This document shows positions 12,539 through 26,179 of a stretch of DNA of 64,000 nucleotides, piece after piece. How positions within the stretch are numbered: position 1 is the first letter of the stretch; each line of letters starts with the position of its first letter. This DNA is from Eledone cirrhosa (Eukaryota), in assembly GCA_964016885.1 (NCBI GenBank), contig OZ024741.1, positions 52,452,001-52,516,000 of the forward strand. Reading direction: 5' to 3'. A program made the position numbers and the translations under genes. The notes below the pieces were generated by a model, which was not told where the DNA came from, did no database searches, and saw nothing but the letters and a program-made list of their open reading frames with translations.

Positions 12539-12848
12539 AGTGAAAAAAGTTAATTAAAAAGGGAGTAAAAAAAAGGGTTTAAAATTAAAATCAAAAACGA
12601 ATGATTCGGCAAAATTTCTTCCATCATGCCTTCTGAAAAGTTGGCATGGAATGAGGCCAAGTTATTTTGTTTAATCTAGTGGTCAGTAGTTCAAAAGGAG
12701 GTAGGGGGTTGTAGGAACTGACTACTGTTGTTGGAGATGACTACTGTGGTAGGTTGGGATGTGTACATACCCCCCCCCCGCCCGCCACACACACACAAGA
12801 GTACACACATGTGAGTGTGTGCGTATATATGTGTGGGTTGTTGTGTGT

Positions 12849-13660
12849 GTGTGTTTTTACAGTTAGTCTGTTAAAGTTACTTTTGTAGAGGGGAATTAAG
12901 AAAAAGTTCTTTTCTCACCAAAATTCAGAAGATTGGCAAAAGTTAGCAGCTGAAATCCAAAGGAATCCCAGAATCCAAAAATTTTAAAATTAAAAATTAA
13001 AGAAGTTAAGAGAGTCAAGAAAACTCTTTCAAAAAACTTCAAAAAATACCTTTCAAAAGAAACCTTAAGAAGTCTTTCTCTCCAAAAAATCATTCTTTAG
13101 AAGAAATTTTTAAAAGATCTTAAAAAATCGTTTCAAAACACGATACACAGTGCGTGTATATATAAAAATGAATGAGTAAATAAATAAATATATACACAGG
13201 GAATTAAGTAAAATTTTTTTCTACAAAATTCCGAAAATTGTGTGTGCTTTTACAGTTTGTCTATTAAAGTTACTTTTGTAGAGGGGAACAAAGAAAAAAT
13301 TCTTCTCTCTCCAAAATTCAGAAAATTGGCAAAAGTTAAGAGCTGAAATCCAAAGGATTCGCAGAATCCAAAAATTTATAATTTATAGAAGTTAAGAGAG
13401 TTAAGAGAAATCTTCAAAAAAACTTCAAAATATACCTTTCAAAAGGAGCCTTAAAAAAGCTCTCTCTCCAAAGAATCATTCTTAAAGAGAAATTTTTAAA
13501 AGATCCTAAAAATCGAGACACAGAGCGTGTATATATATAAATGAATGAGTAAACAGAGGGAATTAAGTAACACTTTTTTCCACAAAATTCCGAAAATTGC
13601 CAAAAGTTAAAGGCTAAAAGCTAAAGGGTTCTCAGAATCCAAAAGTTTAAAAATTAGAAA
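12849..13660. repeat. Diverged tandem duplication (about 390-bp unit, 2+ copies) in the PLE 3' UTR
   Basis: TTAAAGTTACTTTTGTAGAGGGGAA recurs at about 12871 and 13264. CAGAATCCAAAA occurs three times. Confidence 0.8.
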
Positions 13661-14236
13661 AAGATTCAGTGCGCGTGTGTGTGGGGGCGGGGGAACTAAT
13701 GAGGGCGATTACATATTTAGTTTTGTTTTACATTTATTAATAAATAGTTTTTCCTTATTTATTCTTTGTTGTTGAGTGAAAGAATCGGAGCACTTGTAAA
13801 GGGGGAAGATTTTAAGGTTGGGGAGAGTCATTCCTGCACAATCTGCAATGTGGCTGTTTAAGGGGATTTTCCTTGTGTTTACGTCTCGGATTTGTTGGCG
13901 ATGGATGGTCATTCTTTTGCGTAATGACCCACCCGTCTGTCCTGTATAGTTATGTTGACAACCATCACACGTGATTACATAGATTCGGTTCTCCGAGTTG
14001 CAAGTGAAGTTGCTTTTCACTATGAAAGTTTGGCCATCCCAACCTACCACAGTAGTCAGCTCCTACAACCCCCTACCTCCTTTTGAACTACTGACAACTA
14101 GATTAAACAAAATAACTTGGCCTCATTCCATGCCAACTTTTCAGAAGGCATGATGGAAGACATTTTGCTCAAACATTAATTTTTTTATTTTAATTTAAAA
14201 CCCTTTTTACTCCCTTTTTAATTAACCCTTTTCACT

Positions 14237-14279
14237 GAATTTGACAAGATGGATTTTAATACATCGAAACCGGTAATTT
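14237..14279 (+). ncRNA. Hammerhead ribozyme, U3-A8 core variant, in the inverted pLTR
   Basis: GAAT-TTGACAA-GATGGATTTTAATACATC-GAAA-CCGG-TA-ATTT. Confidence 0.62.
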
Positions 14280-14388
14280 TTTCATACACTTTATATACTA
14301 CATAAAAAAAATTTTCAAAAAAGAATTCTCCCTCTTTTTTTAATAATGTCACTTTGGCGAATCAAAAAAGAAAAACAGACCCTTAATC

Positions 14389-14610
<222 letters not shown>

Positions 14611-15900
14611 ATGTCGGGATACGAGCAAACACCCCAACCATCGATTACCTGTACCAGACACTGAGCTCTGGTTAGATACCATTAATAACAAAAAACAAAT
14701 CCTCCATTCCCATTATGCCAAACCCACGACTTCCAAATATCTGATCCACCGAAACTCAACTGATTCGGACCATACCAAAATCAACATACTGATTGCAGAT
14801 TTGGTACGGGTGATGAGAAACGTGTCCCGCATGTGCAACCTCAAAGAACTAGAGAGACACATACAACACTTCATCCACCGTATGCAGTTCTCCGGTTACA
14901 ATCAGAGAGATAAAATCAGAGTATATAGAGGAGCCAGAACCAAATGGGAAAACACGGTAAATAATGACACAAATTTTGGAATAGAATAGAAAGAACTAGG
15001 AATAAGGTTAATAGAATAAACTCATGGTATGATAGCAATAACTGCCAGAGTGTAATGTTCATCGATACAACCCCTAGAGGTGAATTAGCTTACAAATTTA
15101 GAAGGGCCCTAGATAAACATAAACTCAATATTAAGATAGTAGAAAGACCTGGTACGTCCATAAAAACACTTATTAGCAATACATACCCTTTTCAAAGACC
15201 TCCCTGTATAGATAAGAAATGTATAATCTGTAAATTAAGCCCCCATAATAACTGTAAAACTAGAAATGTAGTATATAGCATAAGATGTACTGAAGGACAA
15301 TGTAGAGATAAGAATATAGTGTACATAGGTGAGACAGCTCGTATTATAGGGGAACGGATAAATGAACACTGGCGAGACCTTCAATATAGTAAAGAATCAT
15401 CTGTCCTCTACCAAAATGCTAAAATAGAACATAAGGGTAAATTAGAGAACATAGAAATAAAAATAGAATCTACACACAGAAAAGACGCAATGTTTAGACA
15501 AATCACAGAGGCAATAAACATAAATGAACTCCAACCAAAATTAAATAGAAAACATGAATGGAACAGCAACATCACAACTTACAAGTAAGGACAACATGAA
15601 AACACACACGCACATAGAACAAACAACCAACCAGTAACATGTAAATAAACAAATAAATAATCAAATATAAACACACACAGACACCCGGATGTAACACATG
15701 CGCAAACTAAGCACACAACACACAAAAACAAGATGGCGTAGGACAGAACAAAGGAGAGGCACAAAAACAAAGAAAAGAATCCCCAGTCACTGAAGAGGTC
15801 ACAGAATGTGTGACGAAAGAACTTTGACAATATATAAACAATCATCTGGTTGTGGAACCAACCAACCAACCGGAAATTTATAAATTCCTAAATTTACAAA
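14611..15900 (+). mobile_element. 5'-truncated PLE (RT thumb + GIY-YIG + pLTR)
   Basis: HYAKP..., DLVRVMRNVS. ORF 15055-15588: IVERPG, CKTRNVVYSIRC...YIGETAR..ERINEH...RQITEAINI...LNRKHEW. HHR downstream. Confidence 0.85.
15786..15828 (+). ncRNA. Type I hammerhead ribozyme in PLE pLTR
   Basis: GTCA-CTGAAGA-G-GTCACA GAATG TGTGAC-GAAA-GAAC-TT-TGAC. Confidence 0.8.
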
Positions 15901-15944
15901 TTTATTATAATAAATTGAAGTGAAAGCAACTGGTGCGTGTGTTT

Positions 15945-16200
15945 CTTATTGGCAACATGACCCTCCCAAAGTATAACAATATATAGATTTTTTTTAAAGT
16001 ACAGAAAATAAAAAAAAAACAAAAAAAAACGTGGAAGTGAAGAGCCAGTACAAATGTTATTAGTTTCACGCTTGAGAGTAGAGGGTGGGGGACGACGTTT
16101 TGGGCATAAGCCCTTCATCAGGAGAAAGGTGGGTAGGAAGAGAGTTCCGAGGGTGTGTGGGTGAGTGGTGGAAAGACATTTAAAAAAATGATTAAAAAAA
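15945..16200 (-). mobile_element. pLTR-like fragment with degenerate hammerhead (16088-16125)
   Basis: Minus strand CTGATGA-AGGGC TTAT GCCC-AAAA-CGTCG (G12 lost). The terminal TTATTGGCAACATGACCCTCCCAAAGTATAACAATAT recurs at about 56355. Confidence 0.55.
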
Positions 16201-16805
16201 GGTGGGGGAGAAAAGGGAGGAAAAAATGTTTTTAGGGAGTAAAAAAATGTTTTTAAAAATAAAAAGAAACAAGTGGTGAAAGGGTGTAAGGCGTGTAGGG
16301 TCGTGTGGTGGAGGGGGTGCAGAGGGGAGAGGAAGATGGGGGTTCCTAGGGGCGAGGGCTGAAGGTGGTCTGTGTGTAGGTGTGTGTGTGTGTGTGTGTG
16401 TGTGAATGTGAGAGTTGGGGGAAGAACGAGGTTCCATGTTCAGGTAAAAGGGAAACCGGTGTTTAATATATATATTGCTCCTCAGTTATACGTCCACCGG
16501 GCTTATACCCACCTGCCTGGTATAAGGTGATCTATTTTCTCTTCGGTTATTTGTCCTGTGTTCCCACTTCTATCGGTATGTTTACTACGTATTTTCGTGT
16601 TCTCCCTTTTTTTCTTCCTCCCTTTTTCTTTTTTCCTCTCTCTTCACTATCACTTCTTTCCCTCGTGGCCTTTTGATGGATAAAAGACCATGGGCGCGCT
16701 ACGGACAGATTTTCTGTTTTAAGCGCCGAAACATCTAAGATCCCTAGTAAACAGCTGACGAAGGGAAACTTTTCTTCTCTTGTTTGCGTCCCAATTACCT
16801 TCTAA

Positions 16806-16891
<86 letters not shown>

Positions 16892-16897
<6 letters not shown>

Positions 16898-17332
16898 GGA
16901 AAAAATGAAACGAAATTTCATTTCCCACTCTTAGTACGGCTGTTACTTAAATATAAGTATGTACACGTACATACATATATGTATACAGACGTACAGTAGT
17001 ATGTATATATATTTACATACATGCACACACATATATATATGTACGTATGCATTCCCCGAACATTTATTATAATGCTCGGTGTGTTTGTAAACAAACATCC
17101 CGAATTAAGCCGTAGTGTCCAGCAACCATCGTTGCTCGTTTGTTCAACACTGACAAAGGAACGCTGTACTAGTTTCAAGCTTATTAGCTATCGTCAGCAA
17201 CGTAAACCTTCCTGCCAGATTGTTGAACGTATATACTTACCTTATGCATATTAACAGCTGAGAAGCCCAATTTGCATATCGAGTGGGTTAATCGCCCTGG
17301 TGCACCGAAAATGATAAACGGAAAAAATGAAA
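16892..17332 (-). mobile_element. Non-coding mini-element (422-bp unit + 19-bp terminal direct repeat) with one HHR; retrozyme-like
   Basis: ATAAACGGAAAAAATGAAA at 16892 and 17314. (AT)n on both sides. Confidence 0.7.
17161..17203 (-). ncRNA. Canonical minimal type I hammerhead ribozyme
   Basis: ACGTTG-CTGACGA-T-AGCT AATA AGCT-T-GAAA-CTAG-TA-CAGCGT. Confidence 0.85.
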
Positions 17333-17508
17333 TATATATATATTAATATATATATATATATATATATTAATATATATATATATATATTAATATATATATA
17401 TATATATTAATATATATATATATATATTAATATATATATATATATATTAATATATATATATATATATTAATATATATATATATATATATTAATATATATA
17501 TATATATA

Positions 17509-17548
<40 letters not shown>

Positions 17549-17564
17549 TATATATATATATATA

Positions 17565-17653
<89 letters not shown>

Positions 17654-17660
17654 ATATAAA
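17333..17660. repeat. (AT)n with TTAA interruptions at about 20-22-bp periodicity
   Basis: Direct reading. Confidence 0.9.
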
Positions 17661-18514
17661 TATTAATAATATGCATACTTTTAAATGATATATCAAAAAA
17701 CAATTTTCATGTATCAATGAAACTGAGAATCAACTAGGACAGCAAATGATAAATGTATTCACTTAAATAGTGTGAGATATATATAAAAAATACCTAATTC
17801 CTCACTGATCAATGGAATTTCCATGATATTTATTAAAAATTATCAATTGATAATTGGTGGTTGATACTTATCATTAAAATCAATGATAAACATCTTATAC
17901 TAGATTGGATGAAACGATTGTAAGAGAAGTTTTATGTAAGTGGGTACATTTATTAAAAAAATGCTTTTGGTATATCATTTAAATTTGTAAAAATTATGCT
18001 CTGAGTTTAATGTTCATTGAACTTTCTTTGTTGTGCATCATAACCAATCTATATCTTATATATAGAGAGAGATTTAACCTAATTATAGTGTATGTGCTTT
18101 TTTTTGTTATTCCTTGATATGTTCTAAGGGTGTGGGCATAGAGAGTTTCAAATCCTCTCCTTTCCTGGTAATCCAGGATTTAACATCTATGATTCACCTA
18201 TTAATGGTGAAATATATTTCTCTAATGGAATATATACAAAGGAGATTAATCATTATTGCAAGGGATCTATATTCAAAGTTCTCGTTAAATTTTGATATGT
18301 TACCCCCGTAACTATGTGTTTACACTCTTTACAAATTATCCCCTATCAATGTGTGATATGTTTATTTCATATATATATATATATATGTCAATCGACCTTT
18401 AATTTGATTTTTAATAAATGATCGTATTTATTCTTTAGAATCTTTGAGCTTCTTCTACGGGTGGTATGGCGTATGTTTCTGATCTTTTCGGGCGTGACAT
18501 CTTTAATTTTGTTA

Positions 18515-18566
<52 letters not shown>

Positions 18567-18919
18567 CTGTCGATTACCCTAACTCGTAAACCGTAAACAC
18601 AACATCGATTCCCGTTAAACGACCATACCAGCTACTGACAGTCTTTTTCAAGCTGTAGTCATCATAGTAGTAGTTTCTGTATAATAATAAATGCACACAT
18701 ACATATGTGCATTATGTGTGTGTTTGTTTATTCCTATCACTTTTGACAGTTATAGATATATGCATGGTATTTGTCAGTTTAGTTAGTGTATTTGCAGGTC
18801 ATAGAAGCATCTGAGAGATTATTTTTGTTTCTGTATGGAAGCGGTTGAATTTGAAGACTTAAGTCTGCTCTGTTGTTTTTCAGGTAAGTTAGCAAAGAAA
18901 ACAACAGACTTCCTCTGTA

Positions 18920-19096
18920 CTGTTACATTGGTAGACATACTTTGTTGTACATTGGTAGACATATTTTGTTGTACATTGGTAGATATATTTTGTTGTACAT
19001 TGGTAGACATACTTTGTTGTACATTGGTAGACATATTTTGTTGTACATTGGTAGACATATTTTGTTGTACATTGGTAGACATATTTTGTTGTACAT
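18920..19096. repeat. 24-bp minisatellite, about 7 copies
   Basis: Unit TGTTGTACATTGGTAGACATATTT with minor variants. Confidence 0.95.
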
Positions 19097-19139
19097 ATAG
19101 AATTTATATGTTGAGAAAGAGCCAGTACTCTCCCATCCT

Positions 19140-19260
19140 GCAAATCTACCAGCCGTACCAGTCCCACTCCGACAGGTTTGCGGTCGTGCCCTTGGAAATG
19201 GAGACTTCTGGTGTCCTTGGCCCTAGGGCTACCTCCCTACTCACCAAGATAGCCTCGGGA
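19140..19260 (+). pseudogene. Possible fragment of a restriction-like endonuclease domain from an early-branching non-LTR element
   Basis: FAVVPLEMETSGVLGPRATSLL resembles the F.P...ET.G..G..A motif of CRE/R2-type elements. Confidence 0.45.
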
Positions 19261-19825
19261 GATGGAATGGCTCTTCCAGCGCATCTCCCTTACCATCTTA
19301 TATCGTTTTCAGAGGAATCACAGTCTGACTGGATCCAGTTCCCCACTACATGCTAAACGAACGATAGCCATGATTGTGACTACGTTTCTGATTACACTGC
19401 AGTGAAGGCTCTATATTTCTCACTCGAATTAGATCCAATAACATTGCTTCCTTCGCAGTTCACTTAGACCTCTGTAGGTAGATTGTGTCTAGCATAGCAA
19501 TATATCAGAATTCCATTCAGTATTTATAACTAGAATAAATCGTCTTTCACTCCCAGGTGAAAAAAAAAACAAACCAAAAAACGAAAAAAAAACCTATTTG
19601 GATGGCCGTTGACCCTGCTGAGTTCCTCCGCCCTTTGTCGGGTCTTGTGTTTCATCACGCAGGGTGTCCAAATATCATTCTCCTCACCAAGCAAGTTTTG
19701 GTGGAGTTGCCGGTTTAGTCGCCGACGACCCGACCATGACACAGATTGTACTGGGTTACATGTTATCAATAGCACTCGAGAGCGACCTGACACATATATA
19801 TATATTTATATACATATACACATAA

Positions 19826-20335
19826 AGTTATATCTGTATACATACAGAGTGTGTAATCGAGACTGCACCAATGTGTATACATACACATATATTTAATACG
19901 TAGACATGTATTGAGAAAAGTATAAACGACATGCAAATTGACAAAAGTATAAACGTTGTTTTAATCGATTTTCGGACCTAATTGAGTCATCATCAGAAGG
20001 CGTGTATATTATCCAAACGACCACATGGAAACATATACTTCATGGGTTTATATACCCACTCGTTGTTAGTTCTATTTCGAAATGGACGGACTAATTAGTA
20101 TATAATTAGCGCTGTTGGTAATTAATTAATATAAATATGAAGAAGTGCGCTAGCAGCCGTAGAGTACGATTAATGTTATATCTGTATGAATACAGAGTGC
20201 GTAACAGAGACTGTATCAATGTGTATATAAATGTACATATATTTAATATGTAGACATGTAAAAATGCCAGAAAACACGAATTTCCTGTTAAACTGAAAAG
20301 ATGATAAACGCTTTTAATCGATTTTCGGACACTCA
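19826..20335 (-). mobile_element. Diverged 1.5-unit tandem (about 350 bp) mini-element with HHR
   Basis: GTTATATCTGTAT...GTAGACATGTA repeated at about 19828 and 20175. TTTTAATCGATTTTCGGAC at 19959 and 20312. Confidence 0.6.
19956..20002 (-). ncRNA. Hammerhead ribozyme (weak stem I)
   Basis: CTGATGA-T-GAC..GTC-C-GAAA-ATCGAT-TA. Confidence 0.6.
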
Positions 20336-20471
20336 GGTATATTTCTTGTCGACCTTCAAAGGATGAAAAGTAAAGGTGAAGTTTGTGAGATTTGAACTCA
20401 GTAGCATAGAGCCGGAACGAATAACATATTTTATCCAATGTTTTAACGACTCAACCAATTCGTCTCCGTTG

Positions 20472-20587
<116 letters not shown>

Positions 20588-21033
20588 GTTGTGGCAAATA
20601 AAGTAAGATATATATCTATCTATTCATCTACATACATACAAGTAATTGTACAGACATGTGCACACGTGCACCCGTACAGACATATATATGAATATACAAA
20701 CATACACACCACTTCTTGTATCTCTCTCTCCGCGTGTATATGTATGTGCTTTACGTTAAATCGTATTTGCAATCATTCATTTTGTCAGCATATATACTCT
20801 TACTATTCTCTCTTTTGCTTCCCACCTGCTCTCTCACCATCTCCTTCTCTAGCTTCCAACAGTGTACACAGTAAGACTAAACCTGATTCCATTCAGAGGA
20901 GTTATTCAATAATTAATGAATATATTGGTAGAAAGACAATAACACGCCACTTTCAAAAAGGACACTGGGAGATAGTAGAAATAAACATACGTACAAGCTG
21001 GTACAGGCGGGCATATGCACATATATGCTGACA

Positions 21034-21161
<128 letters not shown>

Positions 21162-21290
21162 AAAGTTCTATTTAAAAATTGTTGGGATACAACAAATAAA
21201 TAATTTTATAACTGATATAAAGCACTCGACAAGTATTTGGAGTAGATATACGATATTAATAAATGGAAAATATATTTATAAAACCATATT

Positions 21291-21355
21291 TATTTCATTA
21301 TACATATTTCAGGGATACCAAATTAAATTATGGTATGCCTTCATCAGACAAAATA
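21291..21355 (-). ncRNA. Type I hammerhead ribozyme
   Basis: TATTTTGT-CTGATGA-AGG CATACCA...TGGTAT C CCT-GAAA-TATGTA-TA-ATGAAATA. Confidence 0.8.
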
Positions 21356-21654
21356 CAATATATAACAGTTTTACAAATAAGCTTTGACGTACCCTATTAA
21401 AATGCAACCATTATTTTTGGAAGCCATCCGGATAGTGAGTTGTTTATATTATTTTAATAAGTCATAGTGTTAAGGACAATTAGAAAAAGACGGAGAGAAA
21501 GAAAAAGACGGAGAGAGAGAGAGAAAAAACGTGGAGAAATATCGGAGAGAGAGAGATGCATGGAGAAAAAAGAAAGAGATAAATAAAGACAGGAGTAAAG
21601 AAAGAAAGAAAGAGATAAATAAAGACAGGAGGAAAGAAAGAAAAAAAGGAAGAA

Positions 21655-21981
21655 ACAGAGGAAAGCAACAGAGAGATATTAAGTCATCAGACAGATAGAA
21701 ACACTCAAGAGAGAGAAATATTATATAGAGAGAGGGGTAGATAATGAAAACTTTACGTCATGTCATATTAAGTTGAGTTAACAATTTATATGAAATGGAT
21801 AATAAAAATATAAATATTAATATTCATGAATGGGACATAGATATATAATATGAGAAATTAAACATTGTTTAATAATGACTATATGTTTAGTTTAAAACTT
21901 GATATCAATATACCAAAATTTGGGTTTAATCATCCAAAATGTACACATTGCTAGAGAAATCAGTATCTTAGGCAAAGACAC

Positions 21982-22017
<36 letters not shown>

Positions 22018-23380
22018 GCACGTCCTGAAAATAGAAATTATATTTACTCAAGTCAACAATATAGACATACAAAACGCAGACGATTTCTCTTAATCACTGC
22101 TATACATTCCTTGTGTTATAAAAAGTTCACAGTACACATACATAAATATATACGATTAACATTCATGTCTTCATATATACGATTACCATTCATGCATTTA
22201 ACATTCTGTCAAAATTATGCATATCTGCAATCAAAACTGCGTGGTTAGGCAACATATCTCTTACCCACACACATACATATACATATATATATATACACAT
22301 ATATATGTATAAATAAACATTTGCGTGCGTCTTCCCGCATCGCTCATGTATACATACAGACATATATACAATCATAAAAAAACCTATAACACTTTTATAT
22401 GCATGTTAATACACACATACACATTTGTATAGAGATAATCAAATATCCATATATTACTAAGGATTATACTTTGGAAATATAATTATAACAATATAAATTT
22501 AAAATACCAAAGGATTATATTTTGGAAATACAATTATATCAGTATAGTCAAAAGGACAAACGAATTCTAGAAATATCAAAGCATTAAATATCTTTAAAAC
22601 ACTATAGAGTATCTTAATTTAAAATAATGTTTCATATATTTAGTATAGAAATTTATCCTACGTATATTTCAATCAAGATATTGAAAGGGTAGACTTATGA
22701 AAATTATGAGAAGCTATCAGAATCAAAACAAAACTAATAAAAATAAATAAAAATAAAAATAAAAGTTAAATAAATATTATATCAATATAATTTAAAAATT
22801 AAAAAATTAAAAAATTAAAAAATTAAAAAATTAAAAAATTAAAAAATTAAAAAATTAAAAAATTAAAAAATTAAAAAATTAAAAAATTTAAAAATTTAAA
22901 AATTTAAAAATTTAAAAATTTAAAAATTTAAAAAAATTTAAAAAAGTTTAAAAAACAGAGGAAAGCAACAGAGTGATATTAAGTCATCAGACAGATAGAA
23001 AAACTCAAGAGAGAGAAATATTATATAGAGAGAGGGGGAGATAATGAAAACTCTACGTTATGTCATATTAAGTTGAGTTAACAATTTATATGAAATGAAT
23101 AATAAAAATATAAGTTAACAATTTATATGAAATGAATAATAAAAATATAAATATTAATATTCATGAATGGGACATAAATATATAGTATGAGAAATTAAAC
23201 ATTGTTCAATAATGACTACATGTTTAGTTTAAAACTTGAGATCAATATACCAAAATTTGGGTTTAATCAACATTGTTTAATAATGACTATATGTTTAGTA
23301 TAAAACTTGAGATCAATATACCAAAATTTGGGTTTAATCAACCAAAATGCTAGAGAAATCAGTATCTTAGGCAAAGACAC

Positions 23381-23428
<48 letters not shown>

Positions 23429-24335
23429 GCACGTCCTGAAAATATATTTACTCAAGTCAACAATATAGACATACAAAACGCAGTCGATTTCTCTTAATCA
23501 CTGCTATACATTCCTTGTGTTATAAAAAAGTTCACAGTATATATACATAAATATATACGATTAACATTCATGTCTTCATATATACGATTAACATTCATGT
23601 CTTCATATATACGATTACCATTCATGCATTTAACATTCTGTTAAAATTATGCATATCTGCAATCAAAACTGCGTGGTTAGGCAGCATATCTCTTACCCAC
23701 ACACATAGATATACATATATATATATACACATATATATGTATAAATAGATATTTGCGTGCGTCTTCCCGCATCGCTCATGTATACATACATTCATATATA
23801 CAATCATAAAAAAACCTATAACACTTTTATATGCATGTTAATACACACATACACATTTGTATAGAGATAATCAAATATCAATATATTACTAAGGATTATA
23901 CTTTGGAAATATAATTATAACAATATAAATTTAAAATACCAAAGGATTATATTTTGGAAATACAATTATATCTGTATAGTCAAAAGGACAAACGAATTCT
24001 AGAAATATCAAAGCATTAAATATCTTTAAAACACTATAGAGTATCTTAAGTTAAAATAATGTTTCATATATTTAGTATAGAAATTTATCCTACGTATATT
24101 TCAATCAAGATATTGAAAGGGTAGACTTATGAAAATTATGAGAAGCTATCAGAATCAAAACAAAACTAATAAAAAAAAAATAAATAAATAAAAATAAATA
24201 AATAAATAAAAATAAAAGTTAAATAAATATTATATCAATATAATTTAAAAATTTAAAAATTTAAAAATTTTAAAAATTTAAAAAATTTTAAAAAGTTTAA
24301 AAATTTAAAAATTTAAAAATTTAAAAGATTTAAAA
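21655..24335. repeat. Tandem duplication of about 1.3 kb, each unit ending in an 8-bp AAAAAATT/AAAAATTT minisatellite
   Basis: AACAGAGGAAAGCAACAGAG at about 21655 and 22955, collinear near-identical bodies. Confidence 0.9.
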
Positions 24336-24695
24336 AACCCAAGGATTCTACAGATATCCTTATATTTAGTATAGAAATTTATCTTACGTATATTTTATTT
24401 AAGACATTGGAAGTATAGACATTTTAGAGTAGTTTATGATATTTAGGAAGAAAGTTTAAAAAGAGAAAGGTGAAGGAATCTAATGATTTATCGACAGGTT
24501 TCATATATTAACTAAATTAATTAATTAATTATTTTGGTATCCCTGAAATATGTATAATGAAATAAATATGGTTTTATAAATATAGTTTCCATTTATTAAT
24601 ATCGTATATCTACTCCAAATACTTGTCGAGTGCTTTATATCAGTTATAAAAATATTTACTTGTTGTATCGCAACAATTTTAAATAGAACTTTTGC

Positions 24696-24727
<32 letters not shown>

Positions 24728-25007
24728 GGAAAGAAGGTTTACATGGTTTGCTATACAAAAAAGTTTTTAATCACATAGCTTACATTTGTTTCACTGAACT
24801 GGTATGTCTAGAGATCGCTATTCGCTTAATTTTGCGTTACTCGATCGCCAATACAGAATTATAACCAGTCAGATCTTCGGAGCATGCGAGAATGAAGAAA
24901 ATACACAGGCATACACTGGAATACCATAACTGGACTTCACCTAAGTGGACTGCATTTAACTATTATTTGTTAATCCGTATATATATATATACATATATAT
25001 ATATATA

Positions 25008-25746
25008 AAATAATGTATATATTTTATCTAATGATTCTATGGACTTACTTTTTATATATTGCTCTGATTATTAATTATTTAATTAATTCGTCATTGAGCC
25101 ACACTGTGAATGGTTGCCAAAAACATGTATATATTTCTATGGCCTTGTCTAGTTTATATGTATAAACACTTTAAATTTTATATACTCCCATAACGTTGAG
25201 TAAAACTTTAGGCAGTATTCGGCTGCACTTTCTAACAACTAGCCTACTCGCCGACAGGCACCAATCACAAACTTTCTGCCTTGACCACTAGCCAGGTGAC
25301 GATTCTTAGCTATTTTGAATTCGTTTCTGGTGGGGATCATGTAAGAAAAATCTTTGTCCAATTGAGTTTATCTCCTGATGATTTCCAACCTCGTTGATAT
25401 ATCCAAGATCGGATATATCCCAAAACGGAATGAAACTGCCGGTAGCAGAGATGTATTGATGAGTTTGGTATGTTTATGTGCATTTTTTCTTCTAACTTTG
25501 ATTTTGCAACTAATTATGTATGGTTAACTATATGTCTAGTCAATTTCTACAGGCTATCAGAAATAATGGGTAAATTTTCTATAGCTGTGAATCGCGGATA
25601 GAGAGCTGTATCATTTATCTACTATTTCTTCATAGGTATATTTTAAACTTATAGCCTCGTTTAAATGATTTTTTTGTGTGGTTAATTTATGCTGATTGGG
25701 AGAAGAAATAATGTATATATTTTATCTAATGATTCTATGAACTTAC

Positions 25747-25757
<11 letters not shown>
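25008..25757 (+). mobile_element. Non-coding mini-element (698-bp unit + about 50-bp terminal direct repeat) with one HHR
   Basis: AAATAATGTATATATTTTATCTAATGATTCTATG(G/A)ACTTACTTTTT at 25008 and 25706. (AT)n on both sides. Confidence 0.7.
25370..25452 (+). ncRNA. Hammerhead motif (cleavage-site U replaced by C)
   Basis: ATCTC-CTGATGA-TTTCC..GATATATCC/GGATATATC..GGAAT-GAAA-CTGCCGGTAG-CA-GAGAT. Confidence 0.65.
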
Positions 25758-25950
<193 letters not shown>

Positions 25951-25971
25951 TATATATATATATATAGTGAC

Positions 25972-26157
25972 GAGGCATGGCTTAGTGCATTGAAAGTTGT
26001 ATTCACAATCTTGAGGTAGTGAGTTCAATTCCCGAACCGGGCGACATAGCGTGTCCTTAAGTAAGACACTTTTTTAAACATTGCTGCAGTTTACTCAGCG
26101 GTAGTATTGAGTTGCGAGGTCAGTTGTGCCAGTCTGTATCGGCCTTTGCGTTTCCCT
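25972..26157 (+). mobile_element. tRNA-derived SINE (family B)
   Basis: TGGCTTAGTG A box, GAGTTCAATTCCC B box, GTGTCCTTAAGTAAGACACT, CAGTTTACTCAGC. Confidence 0.6.
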
Positions 26158-26179
26158 GCTTCAATACGAGTTATGGAAA

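Noticed and set aside
16668-16745. Possible hammerhead (GGCGC/GCGCC-GAAA-CATC-TA); similar weak case at 44275-44342
   Set aside because: Core and stem I are too degenerate to support a call.
18819-19356. Repeat proteins MSTNVQQN / LVDIFCCT
   Set aside because: A 24-bp minisatellite open in several frames.
21680-21695. TCATCAG in the 1.3-kb duplication (also near 22984)
   Set aside because: No GAAA-stem III-UH downstream on that strand.
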